Shown here one piece after another: positions 48,442 to 58,720 of a stretch of 64,000 bases of DNA. Source of the DNA: an uncultured Lentimicrobiaceae bacterium (lineage in GTDB: Bacteria > Bacteroidota > Bacteroidia > Bacteroidales > F082). Location: assembly GCA_964473395.1 (NCBI GenBank), contig CAYYOW010000001.1, forward strand, positions 10,237 through 74,236. Reading direction: 5' to 3'. The stretch's first letter is position 1. Each line of letters begins with the position of its first letter. The notes below the pieces were generated by a model. The model was not told the origin of the DNA. It did not search any database and worked only from the letters and a program-made list of their open reading frames with translations. The position numbers and the translations under genes were made by a program.

Positions 48442-50208
48442 ATGAAAGGTGGAGAATTCCTAATAAAAGATATAAAAGCAGAAACTGTTTTTATCCCTGA
48501 AGAATTTAATGAAGAGCAACTTATGATTGCTGCAACTTGTGAGGATTTTGTGGAAACCGAGATTGCTCCCCATTTTGATGCCCTTGACAAGCACGAAGAA
48601 GGCTTGATGCCTTCGCTTTTGAAAAAAGCCGGCGAAATGGGACTGCTGGGTATTGCTATTCCTGAGGAATATGGTGGTTTCGGTCAGGATTTCCTTACCA
48701 ATATGAAAGCGAACGAGGCAATTGGCTCTGCCTACTCTTTTTCGGTGGCTTTTATGGCTCATACAGGCATAGGTTCGTTGCCGTTGCTTTATTATGGAAG
48801 TCAGCAGCAAAAGGAGCACTACCTTCCTTTGCTTGCCACCGGCGAATGGCTGGCAGCTTACTGCCTTACCGAGCCCGGAGCAGGCTCCGATGCCAACGCC
48901 GGTAAAACCAAAGCCGTGTTGTCAGAAGATGGAGAGCATTATATTCTGAACGGACAGAAAATGTGGATTACCAATGGTGGTTTTGCCAATTTGCTGACCG
49001 TCTTCGCCAAGATTGATAACGATCGGGTGTTGAGTGCTTTTCTGGTCGAATCTTCCTCCAGCGGGATTACCATGACTCCTGAAGAGAACAAAATGGGAAT
49101 CAAAGGTTCTTCAACACGCCAGATTTTCTTTAACGATGTGAAGGTGCCTGTTCAGAATCAACTGGGGAAACGTGGGGAAGGCTATCGTATTGCGCTGAAC
49201 ATACTTCATTTAGGACGTGTTAAACTGGGAGCCACTGTAATCGGTGGTATGCGCCGGGCTATTAACTATTCGGTAAAGTATGCCACTGAGCGCAAGCAGT
49301 TCGGAGCAAGCCTGGCAGATTTCGGCGCCATCAAACACAAGCTGGCCGAACAGGTAATCAAAACGTTCTCCACTGAGTCGGCTGTTTACCGTGCCAGCAA
49401 AGATATCCAGGATGGAATTACTACATTTCTGGAGGCTGGAAAGACCTACGGACAGGCTAATATTGCTGCCGCGGCAGAATTTGAACCTGAATGTGCACTA
49501 CTAAAAGTATATGGCTCTGAATCATTAGATTACATTGTTGATGAATTGGTACAAATTTACGGAGGAATGGGCTTTTCGGCAGAAGCACCTGCCGACCGCT
49601 CTTACCGCGATTCACGAATTAATCGTATTTTTGAAGGAACCAACGAAATTAATCGCTTGATAGTGGCGGATGCAGAGCTCAAACGCGGCCTCCGTCATAA
49701 GATTTCACTTCTGGATAAAGCAGCTGAAATATTAGAAAATAAGGAAAGTATACGGGCTGTCGATGTTTCCTCAAATGATTATTATTCCCTTCACCATGCT
49801 TACGTCGGCCAGTTGAAGAAAGCTGTTGTTATTCTGTTCCCCACGTTAAACAATACCTTTAAAAGGCAGTTGGCTTACGAAGAGGAAATTATGATGAATG
49901 TTGCCAACATGCAAATGTATGTGTATGTGCTCGAATCAACACTGCTCAGGGTGGAGAAACTTGACCAGAACGGGCTGAAATCTGACATCTCCGTTTACCG
50001 TGATATTCTGGATGTGCTGTTACACGATGTAATGCATATTTTCCGAAAAGAGACCATTGATGCTGTTAGCTCGTTTTTGAAAGGTGATGAAAAAGAGGAA
50101 ATGCTTGGTATCATGCAAAAGCTTACCTTTTATGATCCTGTTGACGCCAAAACGGCGCGCCGCCGGATTGCAAATAAACTTATTGAGGACGAGAGTTATA
50201 AGTTCTAA
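48442..50208 (+). CDS. acyl-CoA dehydrogenase (long ACAD9/FadE-like form)
   Basis: YCLTEPGAGSDA, GQKMWITN, RKQFG, QIYGGMG, RIFEGTNEINR. Confidence 0.93.
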   Translation: MKGGEFLIKDIKAETVFIPEEFNEEQLMIAATCEDFVETEIAPHFDALDKHEEGLMPSLLKKAGEMGLLGIAIPEEYGGFGQDFLTNMKANEAIGSAYSFSVAFMAHTGIGSLPLLYYGSQQQKEHYLPLLATGEWLAAYCLTEPGAGSDANAGKTKAVLSEDGEHYILNGQKMWITNGGFANLLTVFAKIDNDRVLSAFLVESSSSGITMTPEENKMGIKGSSTRQIFFNDVKVPVQNQLGKRGEGYRIALNILHLGRVKLGATVIGGMRRAINYSVKYATERKQFGASLADFGAIKHKLAEQVIKTFSTESAVYRASKDIQDGITTFLEAGKTYGQANIAAAAEFEPECALLKVYGSESLDYIVDELVQIYGGMGFSAEAPADRSYRDSRINRIFEGTNEINRLIVADAELKRGLRHKISLLDKAAEILENKESIRAVDVSSNDYYSLHHAYVGQLKKAVVILFPTLNNTFKRQLAYEEEIMMNVANMQMYVYVLESTLLRVEKLDQNGLKSDISVYRDILDVLLHDVMHIFRKETIDAVSSFLKGDEKEEMLGIMQKLTFYDPVDAKTARRRIANKLIEDESYKF

Positions 50209-50223
50209 ATAACTCGTTCGATT

Positions 50224-50271
50224 AAAAAAGTTGCGCTCCGCGGATAATCCGGGGAGCGCAATTTTTTTTTT
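50224..50271. terminator. bidirectional terminator
   Basis: AAAAAAGTTGCGCTCC..CGGATAATCCG..GGAGCGCAATTTTTTT between convergent ACAD genes. Confidence 0.88.
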
Positions 50272-50290
50272 GCTGAAAATAAAAACAATT

Positions 50291-51433
50291 CTATCTCAGA
50301 ATACCTTTTCCAATCACCAGTCGTTGAACCTGATTGGTTCCTTCATAAATCTGGCAAAGTTTGGCATCGCGCATCATCTTTTCAACCAGAAAATCTGTGG
50401 AATACCCCTCTCCTGCCATAACCTGAACAGCATCGGTAGTAACTCTCATTGCCACATCCGAAGCATACAATTTACACATCGCCGACAAGATGCTTTTCGA
50501 TTTTTGATTATTGTCGTAGGCCCATGCTGAATGCCAGGTTACCATGCGTGCAGCTTCCACTTCGGTAGCCATATCGGCAAGCATAAAGCTCACCCCCTGG
50601 TTCACCGTGATAGGTTTTCCAAACTGAATACGGTTTTTTGCCCAGTCACGTGAAGTTTCATAAGCTGCTCTGGCATTGCCCACACTAAGCGCGGCCACGC
50701 CGGTACGCGTACGCTCAAAAGTTTTCATAGCGAGGATAAATCCCTGCCCTTCACCACCGATAAGATTTTCTTTGGGAACTTCAACATCTTCAAAGACAAA
50801 CTCAGTTTGAACAGAAGCACGCTGCCCCATTTTCTTCAAATTCGATACAATTTTCACCCCGGCTGATTTTGTCGGGACAACAAATGCACTCAGGCTACGG
50901 GCACCTTTTTCAGGATTCACCATGGCAAAAACCGTGATAAATTCTGAAACAGCTCCGTTGGTGATAAAACGTTTTTGCCCGTTCAGGATATATTTGTCAC
51001 CGTGCAAAATGGCTACCGACTTAATACCTGCCACATCCGAGCCTGCATTTGGCTCTGTAAGCGCATAGGCAGCCACACCTTTTGCTTCGACAATCTGGCC
51101 GAAAAACCGTTTTTTCTGTTCTTCGCTGGCTCCCAACAAAAGAGGTGTAAGTGCAAGTGTGTTGGCATCCATACAAATCCCAATGCCTACACAACCGGCA
51201 CCCAGTTCTTCTGATGTTAACGCACTCTCAAAAATATTATGTCCACTTCCTCCGTATTGCACAGGAACGGGGCCATTCATCAGTCCCTCATCATAGGCTT
51301 TTTTAACAACTTCCCACGGAAACTCCGCAGACTCATCATACTTTCTGGAATTAGGAATCATTTCGCGCCTGGCAAAATCCCGTACCTTCTCCTGAAGTTC
51401 AATCTGTTTGGGTTCTAAAGAAAAATCTACCAT
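50291..51433 (-). CDS. acyl-CoA dehydrogenase (short/medium-chain type)
   Basis: YALTEPNAGSDV, GQKRFITNG, RIQFG, QIYEGTNQVQR. Confidence 0.93.
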   Translation of the reverse strand: MVDFSLEPKQIELQEKVRDFARREMIPNSRKYDESAEFPWEVVKKAYDEGLMNGPVPVQYGGSGHNIFESALTSEELGAGCVGIGICMDANTLALTPLLLGASEEQKKRFFGQIVEAKGVAAYALTEPNAGSDVAGIKSVAILHGDKYILNGQKRFITNGAVSEFITVFAMVNPEKGARSLSAFVVPTKSAGVKIVSNLKKMGQRASVQTEFVFEDVEVPKENLIGGEGQGFILAMKTFERTRTGVAALSVGNARAAYETSRDWAKNRIQFGKPITVNQGVSFMLADMATEVEAARMVTWHSAWAYDNNQKSKSILSAMCKLYASDVAMRVTTDAVQVMAGEGYSTDFLVEKMMRDAKLCQIYEGTNQVQRLVIGKGILR

Positions 51434-51583
51434 TTTATCTGTTTTTATTGGTTAAAAAATTCAGTTATGTTCTATTCCTCTATATGTTTTTTGTTGAAGA
51501 GGTAACAAAAATAATGTTTCCCTGGAATTTTTTCTATTTTAGTGGAGAATTATTAACAGTAAATAAGATGACAACACGTTAAG

Positions 51584-52483
51584 ATGAAAGAAAACATGTA
51601 TTCAAAAGGGTTTAAAGCATTTCTCCAGCTTGAGAGAGCGTTATCGGGAAACACCGTGACGGCTTATCTGCATGATGTCGGTCTTCTGTTTTCTTTTCTT
51701 CAGTCTAAAAAAAATAATCTCAGCATAAAGGATGTCACCCCCAGCCACCTCAAAGACTTCCTGCAATACATTAACGAAATGGGACTGGGAGCCTATTCTC
51801 AAAGCAGGGTGGTATCCGGCATAAAATCGTTTTTCAGTTATCTTATCCTGGAAAAGATTATTGATACAGATCCCTCGGCACTACTCGAATCGCCCAAGCT
51901 GGGAAAGAAATTACCCGATGTGCTGAGCGAGGAGGAAATGATGCTTTTGATACAATCCGTTGACTTGTCAGAGCCCCAGGGGGAGCGCAACAAAGCCATT
52001 ATGGAGACTCTTTATGCCTGCGGTTTGCGTGTTTCGGAGCTGACCAACCTGAGGCTTTCCGATTTGCATTTTAACCAGGGAATTATTCTTGTTACCGGCA
52101 AAGGAAACAAACAGCGTATCATTCCCATTGGCGAAAATGCACAAAAGCAGTTGCAGACCTATATTCAAAAGGTGCGCATCCGTATTACAGCCCGAAAAGG
52201 AGCAGAAAATATTGTCTTTTTAAATCAGCGCGGAGGCAAAATAAGCCGGCAAATGATTTTTCTCATTGTTAAAAAACAGGTTGATAAATCGGGAATTCGT
52301 AAAAAAGTAAGTCCCCACACTTTCCGTCACTGCTTTGCCACACACCTTATTAGACATGGTGCCGATTTGCGCGTGGTGCAGGAGCTTCTTGGACACGTAT
52401 CCATTAATACCACAGAGATTTACACCCACCTTAACGATGCTGATCTGAGAAATGCCATCTTGAAATTTCATCCACTGAGTTGA
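51584..52483 (+). CDS. xerD: tyrosine recombinase XerD
   Basis: LERALS.NT..AY..D, LYACGLRVSEL, GKGNKQR, SPHTFRHCFATH, VQELLGH, TTEIYTH. Confidence 0.9.
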   Translation: MKENMYSKGFKAFLQLERALSGNTVTAYLHDVGLLFSFLQSKKNNLSIKDVTPSHLKDFLQYINEMGLGAYSQSRVVSGIKSFFSYLILEKIIDTDPSALLESPKLGKKLPDVLSEEEMMLLIQSVDLSEPQGERNKAIMETLYACGLRVSELTNLRLSDLHFNQGIILVTGKGNKQRIIPIGENAQKQLQTYIQKVRIRITARKGAENIVFLNQRGGKISRQMIFLIVKKQVDKSGIRKKVSPHTFRHCFATHLIRHGADLRVVQELLGHVSINTTEIYTHLNDADLRNAILKFHPLS

Positions 52484-52574
52484 ACTAAAGACACCAGATA
52501 AACCCAACTTCCCAATTGTTGATAACTGCTTATATTTTGGTAGAGGCTTTCACTAAACTCTTTAAAAATATTCC

Positions 52575-52582
52575 TATATTTG
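52575..52582 (+). promoter_or_regulatory. -7 promoter element of the kinase/regulator pair
   Basis: TATATTTG upstream of ATG 52619. Confidence 0.55.
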
Positions 52583-52618
52583 GCAGGCTGAATAGCACTC
52601 AGTCTTACGCTGTTTCTC

Positions 52619-54871
52619 ATGAGTAAATTACGCATTTTAATTGTAGAAGATAATTCTGCCGATGATAAGCTCCTTAGGTATGAACTTGGACGTGATTTCG
52701 ATTTTATAGCTATAACCGTTGAGACGGAGGCAGATTATCTTGCAGAACTGGAACATTTTCATCCTGAGTTGATACTTTCCGATTATTCCATGCCTGAATT
52801 TTCGGGACTGAGGGCTCTTGAGATTCGGAATGAAAAATCACCTCTCACGCCTTTCATTATTGTTACAGGCTCTGTAAACGAAGAAGTTGCCGTGAGATGC
52901 ATCAAAACCGGGGCCTCTGATTACGTTACCAAAGAGCATTTGATGCGCCTGAATGTGGCTGTAAAAAATGTTCTGGAACAACAAAAAATTCTTGTTGGCA
53001 AGATAGAAGCCGAAAGGGATCTTTACCAGAGTCTGGAGCGTTTCAAAAAATTCGTAGAAAACGATATATCAGGCGACTATGTCGAAACTGAAGAAAAGGT
53101 CATTTATTGTAACAAAAAGATATTTGAGATTTTTGAGTTTGATGACTTAGACCAACTCAATGCTTATGGTACCCAAAATCTTTATGAGAACCAGAAAGAC
53201 AGAGAACGGTTTATGGAAGAGCTGAAGTTGAATGGCAAAGTTGAAGATTTTGAGGTAAGGATGCACACGCGTACGGGCAAAAAAATTGTTCTACTGGAAA
53301 ATGCCTATGGCGAATTCGATGAGGAAGGCCGGCTTCTACAGCTTCAGGGTTACCTTATCGATATTACACAGCGGATTTCGTTTGAAGAAAAACTTAAGCA
53401 CTCTGAAAATCTTTTCCGGACACTCACCGAAAACACTTCTGCCGGTATTGTTATTTACAACAAAGAAACATTTCTGTATGTCAATCCTGCCATTACACGT
53501 CTGCTGGGATACAGCGAGGAGGAGATGAAAAAAATGCATTTCTGGGATGTTGTGCATCCTCTTGATCGTGATATGGTTAAAGAAAGAGGTAAAAAACGGA
53601 TAAAAAAGCAGCGAGTACCTAATAACTATCAATTCAGGCTAATAACGAAAACAGGGGAAACTCTCTGGATTGACTTTACTGCCGGGAGCCTGCAGTTTGA
53701 GGGTGAAGAAGCCAGCATTGGTAGCGTTCATGATATTACAAAAGAAAAACTGGCAATAGAAGAAATAAGATTGCTATCCAATGTTGTTTACCAAAGCCCA
53801 CTCTCTGTGGTGATAACTGATTTAGATGCAAAAATTGAATATGTAAATGACAGTTTTACACGAATCACCGGCTATAACTTTCATGAGGTTTTCAACCAAA
53901 ATCCCAGGATCCTACAAAGTGGCGAAACTCCTAAAAAAGTTTACGATGAATTGTGGAATACCGTAGCAAAAGGTGAAACATGGCGGGGAGAATTTATTAA
54001 TAAACGTAAGAACGGGGAGGTTTATTACGAGTACGCAGTGATTGCTCCTATAAAAGATGACGAGGGCAATACAAAGAGGTACATTGGCATGAAGGAAGAT
54101 ATTACTCCCAGGAAAAAGTTGGAGAATGAGCTTATAGTTGCCAAGATAAAAGCCGAAGAAGGGAACAGGCTAAAATCGGCATTTCTTGCCAACATCAGTC
54201 ACGAGCTACGTACGCCACTGAATGGAATTCTCGGGTTCTCGGAACTTATTCAGGAATTAAACGAAGTGGAACCTATTCAGGAAATGAGCCGCTATATTAA
54301 CGAAAGTGGACAGCGGCTGCTGCGCACACTGGATATGATTATTGCCATATCACGGCTTGACTCAGGTACTTATGAAGTCAAAAATGAAAGCATGGATGTG
54401 ATAGCCGAATTCCACCGTATTTATACAAAGAACCGACCACTCGCTCGTGACAAGAATTTGGAGATAACATTTGAGACGGCTTTTGACAGTTTCGAGTTGC
54501 TGGGTGACCGCACCATTGTTTCCGCAGCAATTGATGAGATTGTGAACAATGCCATTAAGTTTACCAATGAGGGTAAGATTGATCTCAGAGCCGGAAAAAC
54601 TATAGAAAATGGCAAAGAATATATTTATCTCGAGATAGAAGATACCGGGATTGGCATTTTAGAAGAAAACAGGAAAGCAATTTTCGAAGACTTTCAGCAG
54701 GCCAGCAGCGGCTATGGCAGAAAATATGAAGGAACCGGGCTGGGTTTAAGTCTTGCCAAAAAGTATGTCGAACTGATAGGCGGCTTTTTGAAGCTAAAAT
54801 CAACAGAAGGAGTCGGCTCAACATTCACCATTTGTATCCCTGTTTATCAGGACAATCATAAAAAGCATTGA
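52619..54871 (+). CDS. cytoplasmic hybrid histidine kinase (REC-PAS-PAS-PAS-HisKA-HATPase)
   Basis: ILIVEDN..SDYSMP REC, three PAS/PAC domains, FLANISHELRTPLN, NNAIKFT, DTGIGI, GTGLGLS; no TM helix. Confidence 0.93.
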   Translation: MSKLRILIVEDNSADDKLLRYELGRDFDFIAITVETEADYLAELEHFHPELILSDYSMPEFSGLRALEIRNEKSPLTPFIIVTGSVNEEVAVRCIKTGASDYVTKEHLMRLNVAVKNVLEQQKILVGKIEAERDLYQSLERFKKFVENDISGDYVETEEKVIYCNKKIFEIFEFDDLDQLNAYGTQNLYENQKDRERFMEELKLNGKVEDFEVRMHTRTGKKIVLLENAYGEFDEEGRLLQLQGYLIDITQRISFEEKLKHSENLFRTLTENTSAGIVIYNKETFLYVNPAITRLLGYSEEEMKKMHFWDVVHPLDRDMVKERGKKRIKKQRVPNNYQFRLITKTGETLWIDFTAGSLQFEGEEASIGSVHDITKEKLAIEEIRLLSNVVYQSPLSVVITDLDAKIEYVNDSFTRITGYNFHEVFNQNPRILQSGETPKKVYDELWNTVAKGETWRGEFINKRKNGEVYYEYAVIAPIKDDEGNTKRYIGMKEDITPRKKLENELIVAKIKAEEGNRLKSAFLANISHELRTPLNGILGFSELIQELNEVEPIQEMSRYINESGQRLLRTLDMIIAISRLDSGTYEVKNESMDVIAEFHRIYTKNRPLARDKNLEITFETAFDSFELLGDRTIVSAAIDEIVNNAIKFTNEGKIDLRAGKTIENGKEYIYLEIEDTGIGILEENRKAIFEDFQQASSGYGRKYEGTGLGLSLAKKYVELIGGFLKLKSTEGVGSTFTICIPVYQDNHKKH

Positions 54872-54903
54872 CAGCAAACACTTTAACTATAAACTAATCT
54901 AGA

Positions 54904-55308
54904 ATGATGGAAAACAATTACCAGCAGAAAAGAATTTTGTATGTGGACGATGATCTTCAAAGCCGATTATTAGTCGAGTACCTCATTGGAAAATTTTATG
55001 ACATCACGCTTTGCGCCACGGCAGAAGAGGCCTTACATATACTCAAAACTAATAGCTTTAGCTTAATATTATTGGATATTCGTCTTGACGGAGAAGTATC
55101 AGGGATTGATTTGCTATCAGAAATACGCAATATACCTGAACATGAACACACCCCTGCTGTTGCGGTAACGGCCTTCGCCTTTGATGAGGACAAAGAGCAG
55201 ATCTTATCGTCTGGTTTTGCAGATTATATGGCAAAGCCTATTGCTTTGAACCCATTTAAAGAAATGGTTAAGAATTATGTTGACAATCACGAGATTAGAT
55301 TCATGTAG
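54904..55308 (+). CDS. single-domain response regulator
   Basis: ILYVDDD, LLDIRL, AVTA, YMAKPI. Confidence 0.92.
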   Translation: MMENNYQQKRILYVDDDLQSRLLVEYLIGKFYDITLCATAEEALHILKTNSFSLILLDIRLDGEVSGIDLLSEIRNIPEHEHTPAVAVTAFAFDEDKEQILSSGFADYMAKPIALNPFKEMVKNYVDNHEIRFM

Positions 55309-55367
55309 CCTGGTACTGGATCCATTCTCAATTCTAAAATAATTGCTGTTTTATTACCTCCACAACG

Positions 55368-55943
55368 CTACAGCCTTAGAATACTAAAAGTTCCATTCTC
55401 TTCTAATTTGATAAGTGTTGAAGGCCGTATGGCAAGAATATGCGACCGGTGGATGTCCACCACATAATCTACCCTTTCCTTGATAATATCCGAAATCTGA
55501 TGAAAAGTTAGCGGGGAAGGTTCGCCGGAAATATTGGCTGAAGTAGAAACAAGCGGATGACCAAGCCTTTTAATTACCCCACTACAATAATCGCCATGTA
55601 CAATGCGAATGGCTATAGTTCCATCAGAAGCAACAAGCTTTTTCGGTAGCTTTTTGGCGTTATTATATACTATGGTTAAGGGAGATGCAGCATTTTTTAT
55701 AAGGTCATAGGCTATTGATGGGACGTCCTCCACATATTGATTTAGCTTGTCAGTACTGTCTAGCAACACGATCATACTCTTTTGCTCCTGGCGGTTTTTC
55801 AACTTAAAAATCCTTCCGATAGCTTTTGAATTGGTGGCATCACATCCGATACCCCAAATAGTATCCGTTGGGTAAAGCAGGATTTTTCCCCGCTTTAACA
55901 ATGCCACTGACTTTTCAATTTCTTCTTTTAATTTTTCAGACAT
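55368..55943 (-). CDS. tsaC: L-threonylcarbamoyladenylate synthase (TsaC/YrdC); probable start ATG 55943
   Basis: YPTDTIWGIGCDA, K.R, IAIRI, VSTSANISG. Confidence 0.92.
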   Translation of the reverse strand: MSEKLKEEIEKSVALLKRGKILLYPTDTIWGIGCDATNSKAIGRIFKLKNRQEQKSMIVLLDSTDKLNQYVEDVPSIAYDLIKNAASPLTIVYNNAKKLPKKLVASDGTIAIRIVHGDYCSGVIKRLGHPLVSTSANISGEPSPLTFHQISDIIKERVDYVVDIHRSHILAIRPSTLIKLEENGTFSILRL

Positions 55944-56926
55944 AACAACAATTGTTTTATGGCAATAGTTTCTGCACACATGAAATGTTTCTTTGGACAA
56001 GCTCTTTTCCCGTGCAATCCGCAGGGACGGCATGACAGCCTTTTGGCAGTTTGAATGATAAATGACCGTTCGGAGAGCGGGCCAAAACCAAACTCCCCCA
56101 CAGTAGAGCAGAAAATGGCAGCAACAGGAGCATTCATGGCAGAAGCCAAATGTAAGGGTGCTGAATCGTTTGTGTAATTCATTAAAGCATCGCGCATAAG
56201 CGCAGCCGATTCCAAAAGCGACAGCCTGCCTGCCAGGTTTATGCTGTTGGCGTGGGCTGAATCTTCCATAATCTGCTTTATCTTTGTCTTCTCTTTTTCG
56301 GAACCCAAAAAACAGACTATCAATTCTTCATCGAGTTGCTGCACAAATTCCACCCACTTTCCGGCTGGAAACTCTTTGGTGAACCACAAGCTTCCGGGCG
56401 AAACCGTAATATATTGTCTGGTCTTGTATTGCGACACTTTGGCAAAGTCGTGTTTCGAGGGATACAGTTTGGGTTTAAAAATAGTTGGTTCGGTATAATT
56501 ATCTATCAGCTTTAGGTTTCGCTCTATTTCGTGTGGACTTCCCTCCTTCTGTGATATCTTGTGAGTAACACGATGCGTAAAGAAAAACGAAAACGGATTC
56601 TTTTTGAATCCTGTTGTTTGTCGTGCACCCGAAAGCACTGTTAGCAAGCCGGTAGAAGCAAATCGCTGGGTGTTAATCACCAGATCATATTTTTGCTCGC
56701 GAATGATGCCGATAAGTTCGTGAAGTTTCTGATACTTTTTTTCCGATTTGTCCCACACCATAACATGTTTGAGAAGCGGGTGATGGCGTAGTAAAGCTTC
56801 GTTTCCCTCTTTCAGGAGAAAATCGATCCTAGCTTGTGGAAAAAAGTGATGCAGCTTTTCAATCAGCGGCGTAGCAAGCACAACATCTCCCAGCGAGGCA
56901 GTTTGTATAATTAAAATACTTTTCAT
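55928..56926 (-). CDS. glycosyltransferase family 9 (heptosyltransferase-like)
   Basis: ILIIQTASLGDVVL, NDSAPLHLASA, CRPCGLHG..CP..HF.C. Confidence 0.92.
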   Translation of the reverse strand: MKSILIIQTASLGDVVLATPLIEKLHHFFPQARIDFLLKEGNEALLRHHPLLKHVMVWDKSEKKYQKLHELIGIIREQKYDLVINTQRFASTGLLTVLSGARQTTGFKKNPFSFFFTHRVTHKISQKEGSPHEIERNLKLIDNYTEPTIFKPKLYPSKHDFAKVSQYKTRQYITVSPGSLWFTKEFPAGKWVEFVQQLDEELIVCFLGSEKEKTKIKQIMEDSAHANSINLAGRLSLLESAALMRDALMNYTNDSAPLHLASAMNAPVAAIFCSTVGEFGFGPLSERSFIIQTAKRLSCRPCGLHGKRACPKKHFMCAETIAIKQLLLCLKN

Positions 56927-56935
56927 CTCCAACAG

Positions 56936-57751
56936 TTATACGGCTACCTGAAAATCTCTTAAAGCCTCATTCAGCGAAGTCTTAGTATCGGTAGAGGCTT
57001 TACGCTTTCCAATGATTAATGCACAGGAGACCTGAAAATTGCCAGCTGGAAAATGCTTGGTATAAGTACCGGGGATAACAACCGAACGTGGGGGAACAAA
57101 CGCCTTGTACTCAACCGGTTTAGAGCCACTGACATCAATAATCTTTGTGCTTTGTGTAAGTACAACATTAGCACCAAGAACGGCTTCTTTTCCCAGCCTT
57201 ACACCCTCCACAACAATAGAGCGAGAGCCGATAAAGCAATTATCCTCAATAATTACGGGAGCTGCCTGAACCGGCTCCAGCACGCCGCCGATACCCACAC
57301 CGCCACTCAAATGTACGTTCTTTCCAATCTGCGCACACGAGCCTACAGTAGCCCACGTATCCACCATGGTTCCGCTCTCAACATACGCACCAATATTCAC
57401 ATACGAAGGCATCATAACCACTCCCGGAGCCAGATAAGCGCCATAGCGGGCAATAGCATGTGGGACTACACGTACATTTTGAGAAGCAAAATCCTTTTTC
57501 AAGGGAATTTTATCACGAAATTCAAACATACCGGTTTCCATAGTCTCCATTTTCCGTAACGGAAAATACAGAATAACAGCTTTTTTTATCCATTCGTTTA
57601 CTTTCCATTCTTCTCCCAGCGGCATTGCCACCCGCAGTTTTCCTTTGTCCAATGCCTCTACTATGTTAAAAACTGCCTGTTTCACCTCGTCAGTTTCGAG
57701 TAAATTACGGTTTTCCCATGCCCTATTTATCAGTTGCTCAATAGCTTTCAT
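56936..57751 (-). CDS. dapD: tetrahydrodipicolinate N-succinyltransferase
   Basis: W.VNEWIKKAVILYF, MPSYVNIGAYV, DTWATVGSCAQIG, GGVLEP. Confidence 0.96.
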   Translation of the reverse strand: MKAIEQLINRAWENRNLLETDEVKQAVFNIVEALDKGKLRVAMPLGEEWKVNEWIKKAVILYFPLRKMETMETGMFEFRDKIPLKKDFASQNVRVVPHAIARYGAYLAPGVVMMPSYVNIGAYVESGTMVDTWATVGSCAQIGKNVHLSGGVGIGGVLEPVQAAPVIIEDNCFIGSRSIVVEGVRLGKEAVLGANVVLTQSTKIIDVSGSKPVEYKAFVPPRSVVIPGTYTKHFPAGNFQVSCALIIGKRKASTDTKTSLNEALRDFQVAV

Positions 57752-57870
57752 ATGTTCCTATTTTTGAGCCTAAAATAAACATTTCCACAATAGGGCAAAC
57801 AATAATTTTATTCTCTGGAAATATTTTTGTACTTTTAAGCCACGCAATTAAGTGAAAACTCCTTTTTATT

Positions 57871-58719
57871 ATGAATACACCTGTTATTAATGGGTTTCGA
57901 ACATCCAGAATTAGCATCCTTTTTACAGTATTTTTTATTGTCTCACAGTACGTCTTCGGCGCGGGATTGTGGTATCCTGTGGGCGCCAGGCAAGCGGGAC
58001 TAAACCATTGCTCTGTTGCGCTGAGTGATTTTTGGAGTATCCAAAACAACCAGGCCGGTATGGCGCTTATAAAAAATCTGTCGGCAGGTATTGCTTATGA
58101 AAACAGATTCCTTGTTCCCCAGATGGGAACAGCAAGTCTGGCTCTGGTTTATCCTTTGAAATTTGGCAATATGGGCATCAGCATGAGCTATTTCGGCTAT
58201 GCTCTGTATCACGAAATGAAAATAGGGCTTGCCTATGCACGCTCTTTTGGCCCACGTTTAAGAGCAGGTGTCCAGCTTGATTATTTACAAACCGGATTGG
58301 GAGACGTCTATGGCAGTAGAAGTAATGTTACATTCGAGCTGGGCATACAATCCGATGTTAATGAACACCTTACGTTTGGGGCTTATGTCTATAATCCGGT
58401 ACGTGTTAAACTATCCGATTATGCCAACGAAAAAATTCCCGCAGTTTTTCGCTTTGGTGTGGCTTATCACTTTTCCGGCAAGCTGCTCACAACGGCTGAG
58501 GTGGAAAAGAACACCTATTATCAACCTGTAATATTAAGAGGTGGCATCGAATACAGATATAAAAAGCAGTTCATTTTCCGTGTTGGTTTCGGAACTTCAC
58601 AAGATATTTTTTCTTTCGGCTTCGGATGGTATAAAAAGCACATGCAGTTTGACATCGGCACCACCATGCATCAGGTACTGGGTTTCTCACCTCAGACTTC
58701 ACTAGTATTTACCTTTTAA
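57871..58719 (+). CDS. PorV/PorQ/FadL-like outer-membrane beta-barrel protein
   Basis: GARQAGL..CSVALSD.WS..NNQAG plug motif, amphipathic strands, C-terminal Phe. Confidence 0.75.
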   Translation: MNTPVINGFRTSRISILFTVFFIVSQYVFGAGLWYPVGARQAGLNHCSVALSDFWSIQNNQAGMALIKNLSAGIAYENRFLVPQMGTASLALVYPLKFGNMGISMSYFGYALYHEMKIGLAYARSFGPRLRAGVQLDYLQTGLGDVYGSRSNVTFELGIQSDVNEHLTFGAYVYNPVRVKLSDYANEKIPAVFRFGVAYHFSGKLLTTAEVEKNTYYQPVILRGGIEYRYKKQFIFRVGFGTSQDIFSFGFGWYKKHMQFDIGTTMHQVLGFSPQTSLVFTF

Positions 58720-58720
58720 G

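Noticed and set aside
51584-52483. Tyrosine recombinase as a prophage or island integrase
   Set aside because: Its size and motifs fit housekeeping XerD; there are no att repeats, tRNA or phage genes nearby
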